Below are positions 59,271-64,000 of a stretch of DNA of 64,000 bases, piece after piece. Origin of the DNA: Pseudomonadota bacterium. Lineage in GTDB: Bacteria; Desulfobacterota; Desulfobacteria; Desulfobacterales; RPRI01. A program made the position numbers and the translations under genes. Positions within the stretch are counted from its first letter, which is position 1, and each line of letters opens with the position of its first letter. The notes beneath the pieces are model-generated. The model was not told the DNA's origin. It saw only the letters and a program-made list of their open reading frames with translations, and made no database searches. The DNA is taken from NCBI GenBank assembly GCA_043825875.1, contig JBDRRF010000083.1, positions 64,001-128,000 on the forward strand, written 5' to 3'.

Positions 59271-60125
59271 CTATTGAAATCTTTTTTTATAATCATTAAA
59301 AAACTCATCGAAGCTATAAGCTGATCTGTTAAGCACGGATTCAACATCCTGGTTTATTGCCTCAAAACCTCCTTTGCCAAACCACGCCATGATTTCCGAC
59401 AGTTTATCGGCTCTCCATTCGGAAACTCCGGCTTTTAACATTGACGATTTTGCCTGTTCTTTACTGATCGGATAGTAGGTAATATCTTTTCCTATGGCCG
59501 ATCCGATTTTTTTTGCAATATCATAATAACTCAGTGTTTCAGGGCCTGTCAGATTATAGATTTTATTGTTGTGCCCATTTTCTGTCAGTGCTTTTACTGC
59601 AACTGCTGCTACATCTCTTATATCAATTAAACTAAGCTTTGAATCTGACAATGGTGAATATATAGAGCTTTGATTTTTAATTGTCGGAATTGATGCAAAA
59701 ATATTTTGATAAAATGAATTGGATCTTAATAATGTATATACTAATCCTGATTGCATTAACATATCATCGGTTTTTGCATGAACCCTTATTATTTCAGAAC
59801 CTGCATCCAGACTAACTCCCATTCCCGATAATTTTACAATATGTAAAACACCTGCTTTTTTGGAAGCAGTAATGATATTATTTATCCATACTTCATTGTC
59901 AGGATGAGCCGGCATGGCAACATAAATATTTTCCACATCCTTAAAGGCCAAAACCAGTGAGCTGATATCTGCAAAATTACCTTCTACCCAGTTGATTCCT
60001 GCTATGGTTTTAAATTTACTTTTGTCTCTGGATATTGCCTTAAATTGCACACCCTTTTCCAAAAGCTGTTTTACTATTTCGCTGCCGGTATTGCCGGTTG
60101 CACCTGTAACTAAAATTTTATTCAC
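59271..60125 (-). CDS. NmrA-like/atypical SDR oxidoreductase
   Basis: VTGATGNTG, IDIRDVA, YNLTGPE. Confidence 0.88.
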   Translation of the reverse strand: MNKILVTGATGNTGSEIVKQLLEKGVQFKAISRDKSKFKTIAGINWVEGNFADISSLVLAFKDVENIYVAMPAHPDNEVWINNIITASKKAGVLHIVKLSGMGVSLDAGSEIIRVHAKTDDMLMQSGLVYTLLRSNSFYQNIFASIPTIKNQSSIYSPLSDSKLSLIDIRDVAAVAVKALTENGHNNKIYNLTGPETLSYYDIAKKIGSAIGKDITYYPISKEQAKSSMLKAGVSEWRADKLSEIMAWFGKGGFEAINQDVESVLNRSAYSFDEFFNDYKKRFQ

Positions 60126-60140
60126 AACGTATCCTATTGT

Positions 60141-60968
60141 TTATATATAAGTGATCCTGGGCTGTTTCCGTTCCGGCAGTCTGTAATATTTTGCCTTTGG
60201 ATATCCTATCATCAAAGGGAAGTGGTGGGGATTGTTTTTCGGCAAACCAATATATTCCTTCAAAGAAGGCAGGGCAAGAAGTGCACCGTTTAGCAATCCT
60301 GCCCAGCATGTCCCAAGTCCCATTGTCGGAGCCAGTAATTCAAGATATGAAAGAGCCAAAATTATATCTGTTGCACCTCCCATTGCTTCTTTGGGCGCTG
60401 ATGCCACTACTACTGCCGGCGCTTTTCTTAAAATCGGATCATAGCCACCGTCCCAGGCTGCAATAACCTGATACAGATATGGGCTTGCTTTTGCTATAGC
60501 CGGGTCGTCTTTTAACAACTGCCGTAACCATTCAGTTGTTTTGGCGGCAAGAGTATGTATTTTTGATTTATCGCTTATAATTATCCATTCCACCAATTGG
60601 CTGTTGCTTGCGGTAGGGGCATAGCGGGCGGTTTCAATAAGTTTTTGGATCTTTTCTTTTTCAACAGGTTTGTCATTATAAAACCGGATAGAACGTCGAG
60701 TCCGCAAAAACTGCACAGCCTGATCCTGATTGATTTTAAGTTCATCTTTTATGGCCGGAGATTTTTCAAGTGGTACGAGTTCATGGCTCAAAGCCCCGTG
60801 GGGACATACAGCCACACAATGGCCACATATCCGGCACATACTTTCCATATTATCAGGTATATATGGAAAACCACCGCCTTCAGGTATTCTTATAATCGCA
60901 GTCATGCAGTCTTTTGCACAAAGTCCGTCCTGTTTACATTTACTTTCATCTATTTTTAAAAGCCCCAT
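60141..60968 (-). CDS. Nitroreductase with N-terminal 4Fe-4S ferredoxin domain
   Basis: CKQDGLCAKDC and CRICGHCVAVCP; RRSIRFY, APTASN, GLGTCW. Confidence 0.92.
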   Translation of the reverse strand: MGLLKIDESKCKQDGLCAKDCMTAIIRIPEGGGFPYIPDNMESMCRICGHCVAVCPHGALSHELVPLEKSPAIKDELKINQDQAVQFLRTRRSIRFYNDKPVEKEKIQKLIETARYAPTASNSQLVEWIIISDKSKIHTLAAKTTEWLRQLLKDDPAIAKASPYLYQVIAAWDGGYDPILRKAPAVVVASAPKEAMGGATDIILALSYLELLAPTMGLGTCWAGLLNGALLALPSLKEYIGLPKNNPHHFPLMIGYPKAKYYRLPERKQPRITYI

Positions 60969-60992
60969 CAGCTTTATACTCCTTATTATATT

Positions 60993-61134
60993 GAGCCAGT
61001 TTCAAAACGCCCCAGTTTGGCCGATCTCTGCGTTGGGCTCAAATTTCAATCCTCGAAATACTAAATGTATTCCTCTGGTTGAAATTTTCTCCCGCCTTGA
61101 GCTTGACCAAACTGAAACGTTTTGAAATGGGCTC
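60993..61134. repeat. ~143-bp palindromic MITE/REP element (second full copy)
   Basis: Near-identical to 38576-38718. Confidence 0.88.
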
Positions 61135-61136
61135 TA

Positions 61137-62561
61137 TTAACTATTATTATATTTTTTTTTCCAATGGTTCGCTCTTTTACGAAGGGAATTCTCGCTGATA
61201 TATGTCCATAAGGTATCCAATTCAGCCTGAGAGACATTCAGCTTTTCAATAAGCATTGCATCGATTTTTCCTCTCTGTTCAGCAGCAACTTTCAGCCAAC
61301 GTCGAACAGTGTCGAATTTAACATTCATGACGTTCGCTACATTTGTAAGTGACATCCCCTTAATCAGAAGACTAAGGGCCTTCATAATTTTTTCTTCCGG
61401 AGATCTAAGACCGTAAAAAATGGTCCCCGCTTTGCTGCTGAAAGATATGCCACACTTTTTACATTTAAATCTATGCCTTTGCTCTCCCTGTTTTGTGTAA
61501 TACGTTCCGTTGCAAATAATATTGCCATCTGTTGTGCTATCATATGTTTCACATCCGGAATTAGGGCACTTAATTTTATCTATATTATTTTGAGATTTCT
61601 TATACAGGCTTAAAACGTCAACGGTTATGGGTCTATCAACGGCTATGGGATCAACATAGCTGTTAAACTTATTAACAAGAACATCTAATTCAATATCAAA
61701 GATTTGCGGTGGCATACTATCTATATTTGTATGATCATTATCAGCAGCTTTCCACGCACTTTTCATACCCATATCTTCGAAATACTCTTCTCCTTTTGTA
61801 GTGGCAGTATGAAAAGCCGAAAGATATCCTTTTTTTTGTTCTATTTTAAAAAGATACTTTAGATTTCTAACCATCATCGGATATGCAACGCTTAAACTTG
61901 CTGAAAAAATGGAATAATGAAAAAAAACTCCTTTACCTATTGTTAATATATCAGTGATTTTTTCAGATGTTAGATAGTCTTCGAGAACCTTTTGCTTTTT
62001 GAGTTCCTGATAAGCATCAATTTTTATGGGAAGACAAACAACATAACCTGCCATGCTACCCCAATTGTCTATTATAATACGATTTACATCCGGCAGCATA
62101 TTTATAGCTTTTATGAAGACATTTTTTGCCAATGGCTTTTTTATACCATAAGCATCGTTATGATATGAAATAATCATATCAATATGCTTTTCCGTTATAA
62201 CCTGTTCATTTTCCAAGAAGGCGTCTTGCCCGGATTGCATATATCTTTTCAACACCTCATTGATTCTTATGAATTCCGCTTCAATCAATGTATACGCAAC
62301 CCGCTTTTTTTGCAGCGAATACCAAATAGGATTATCTGCATTAAGTGAAATGCATGCTTCCATGGGTATTCCTGTATAATTGGCAATGTCTTGAAGGTTC
62401 TCTATAGAAGCATGAGAGAGTCCCGCCTCCCATCTTCGCAGTTGCCGGACACTGACTTTTATTGGGTCAGCAAACTCTTCTTGGCTTAGCTTACGCAATT
62501 GACGATAATCTTTGATAAGCTGACCAAGTGTTTTATAGCGCAAAAAATTTTCAGAGGACAT
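61137..62561 (-). CDS. Regulator: XRE HTH + GNAT-like middle domain + IS1 InsA-like Zn-ribbon/HTH
   Basis: LGQLIKDYRQLRKLSQEEFA...LRRWEAG; TATTKGEEYFEDMGM; CPNSGC...RFKCKKCG...GTIFY...GMSL...DTVRRWL; start uncertain (62561/62582/62639). Confidence 0.75.
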   Translation of the reverse strand: MSSENFLRYKTLGQLIKDYRQLRKLSQEEFADPIKVSVRQLRRWEAGLSHASIENLQDIANYTGIPMEACISLNADNPIWYSLQKKRVAYTLIEAEFIRINEVLKRYMQSGQDAFLENEQVITEKHIDMIISYHNDAYGIKKPLAKNVFIKAINMLPDVNRIIIDNWGSMAGYVVCLPIKIDAYQELKKQKVLEDYLTSEKITDILTIGKGVFFHYSIFSASLSVAYPMMVRNLKYLFKIEQKKGYLSAFHTATTKGEEYFEDMGMKSAWKAADNDHTNIDSMPPQIFDIELDVLVNKFNSYVDPIAVDRPITVDVLSLYKKSQNNIDKIKCPNSGCETYDSTTDGNIICNGTYYTKQGEQRHRFKCKKCGISFSSKAGTIFYGLRSPEEKIMKALSLLIKGMSLTNVANVMNVKFDTVRRWLKVAAEQRGKIDAMLIEKLNVSQAELDTLWTYISENSLRKRANHWKKKYNNS

Positions 62562-62593
62562 ATCTTGACCTTGATTAAGCATGAAATAACAGT

Positions 62594-62661
62594 TACGAAA
62601 TCCAAGTTCGTACGAAATTAAAGTTCGTACGAACTTCATGTTCGTACGAAATTCATGTTCG
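62594..62661. repeat. 17-bp tandem repeat with internal palindrome
   Basis: GTTCGTACGAA at 62606, 62623, 62640 plus partial flanking units. Confidence 0.85.
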
Positions 62662-63084
62662 CCTTAATTTATTGGATATTTTTATTATTTCAACTTTTTA
62701 TATAAAAATAACGGTAATTTTCCCAACACATTCTTATGAAATATTGTCTATCAATATTTTCAGTATAACACGTTTAAATGAATTTATGCCCATGACACCA
62801 TCATATTATGGTGCCAAATAATTTACAGTTACCTACAATATTCGATTAAGTGTAGTAACCCTTTTATCCTTGTTCTCAGCAATTGCAGCCTTTTATATAT
62901 AAAATTATCAAATCTTAAATAAGGCGTCAAATTAAAAGAAAAAGTAAAATAGTTTAAAACTGTTGCTTTGAAAAGTTTAAAACTATTACATTAAAAATAT
63001 ATTATAATAAAGGAGGTGAGAATTACAAACTAAACCGAGAAAGGGCTGTATCTTTTTTAAAACATTAATTCTAGGAGGAAAGAT

Positions 63085-64000
63085 ATGAGTAGGAGAAGAT
63101 GGGGCAAAACAGTATTATGCTTGCTTTTCGTTATAGCGATATCGGGAATTGTTTCTACAAAAGCTGTTGCGGAAATGACAAGCAGTTTTCATGGTACATT
63201 TGAATCCAACATTGTTGTTAGGGATACAGATGGTATGCAGTATGGCTTTTTCGATGAAGCCTACGGGATTCAGCAGAGAAATACATTAAAATTTGATATT
63301 GATGTTTATCCTGAAATGAAATTGGGTGCCTTCAGAGTGGAAAAAGTTCATTTAACTTTTAGGGGTGCCTATGATTCGATCTTTGATCTTGCTGCACATA
63401 GATATGATATTGCAGATGATATAGGCGGCTCAAGATTCGATTATAATCTGGAGGACATCAGGTTTGAGCAGGATTTAAGAGAAGCTTTTATCGATTTTGT
63501 TTATACAGGCAAATTTGGTGATGGTTTTTTCCGTCCGGGCAGACAAATAGTTTCCTGGGGTGAGGGTCTGCTTGAAACCCTGAATGATGTTATAAACCCT
63601 CCGGATAGCTCCTTTAATTTGTTTTTCCAGAATCCTGATGATGTAAAAATTCCTCTGTGGATGGGAAGAATAAATTACAGCATGCCACGTATACAGAATT
63701 TCGGCCTCAATTTCGACTTGTTATGGGTTCCGGATATCAGACCTGCGCAGTGGGGGCCAAGAGACGGTACTCCTACTGATGCCAATGCCGGATATCAGGC
63801 TCCTTATGTGAGTATCATAAATTTTGCCGACCTGGATGGTTTTACTGTCAGGGAGAAAGTTCCTACCAATAATAATGAATATGGTGGAAAAATAACAGCA
63901 GAAATCGGACAAAGGCTAAACCTTTCCGTGCTTTATTTCAGGGATGTAGTAAGTGATCCTAATGGTATGGTAATGTATATACCTGCAATGGAAGTCGATG
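63085..64000 (+). CDS. DUF1302-like outer-membrane protein (runs off the window)
   Basis: AGGAGG RBS, signal peptide, QRNTLK, RGAYDSIFD, LREAFIDF, GRQIVSWGE, IPLWM; absent from the ORF track because it has no stop in the window. Confidence 0.8.
   Translation, partial: MSRRRWGKTVLCLLFVIAISGIVSTKAVAEMTSSFHGTFESNIVVRDTDGMQYGFFDEAYGIQQRNTLKFDIDVYPEMKLGAFRVEKVHLTFRGAYDSIFDLAAHRYDIADDIGGSRFDYNLEDIRFEQDLREAFIDFVYTGKFGDGFFRPGRQIVSWGEGLLETLNDVINPPDSSFNLFFQNPDDVKIPLWMGRINYSMPRIQNFGLNFDLLWVPDIRPAQWGPRDGTPTDANAGYQAPYVSIINFADLDGFTVREKVPTNNNEYGGKITAEIGQRLNLSVLYFRDVVSDPNGMVMYIPAMEVD

Noticed and set aside
62594..62661. Possible mini-CRISPR array
   Set aside because: Units are 17 bp head-to-tail with no unique spacers, and no cas genes are in the window

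Overview
AT-rich bacterial chromosome segment; gene content (coaBC, parAB, birA-bioAFDB, kup, DUF1302/DUF1329 pairs, ferredoxin-nitroreductase) fits an anaerobic deltaproteobacterium, probably Desulfobacterales-like (inference). Housekeeping blocks (1-2.5 kb, tRNA-Gly/Cys at 30 kb, 41.6-45.6 kb, 51.7-61 kb) alternate with accessory blocks. These are: (i) an umuDC-SRAP cassette; (ii) a scrambled 5.5-14 kb zone that reads as a decayed integron-cassette array, with attC remnants, a toxin-dead higBA cassette, three group II intron remnants (one still at the IIC-attC junction), a nonsense-mutated RAYT/Y1 HUH transposase and its internally deleted copy, and GGGGTC/GGGGAC-type motifs with stuttered micro-duplications at the breakpoints; (iii) a GC-rich CdrAB-like two-partner secretion adhesin; (iv) a MarR-DUF1302-Tat-DUF1329 uptake-like unit; (v) an exported ankyrin-PrcB_C / membrane protein / WD40-caspase trio bracketed by palindromic repeats; (vi) a cytoplasmic receiver-NrtA/NasS-like-CheW fusion with sigma28- and sigma54-like promoters; (vii) a PHP-ATPase + Schlafen/AlbA_2 defence-like island; (viii) an XRE-GNAT-like-IS1 InsA-like regulator with a 17-bp palindromic tandem repeat upstream. 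No CRISPR array, rRNA or integrase was seen. All family calls come from motif recognition by eye, not database searches.
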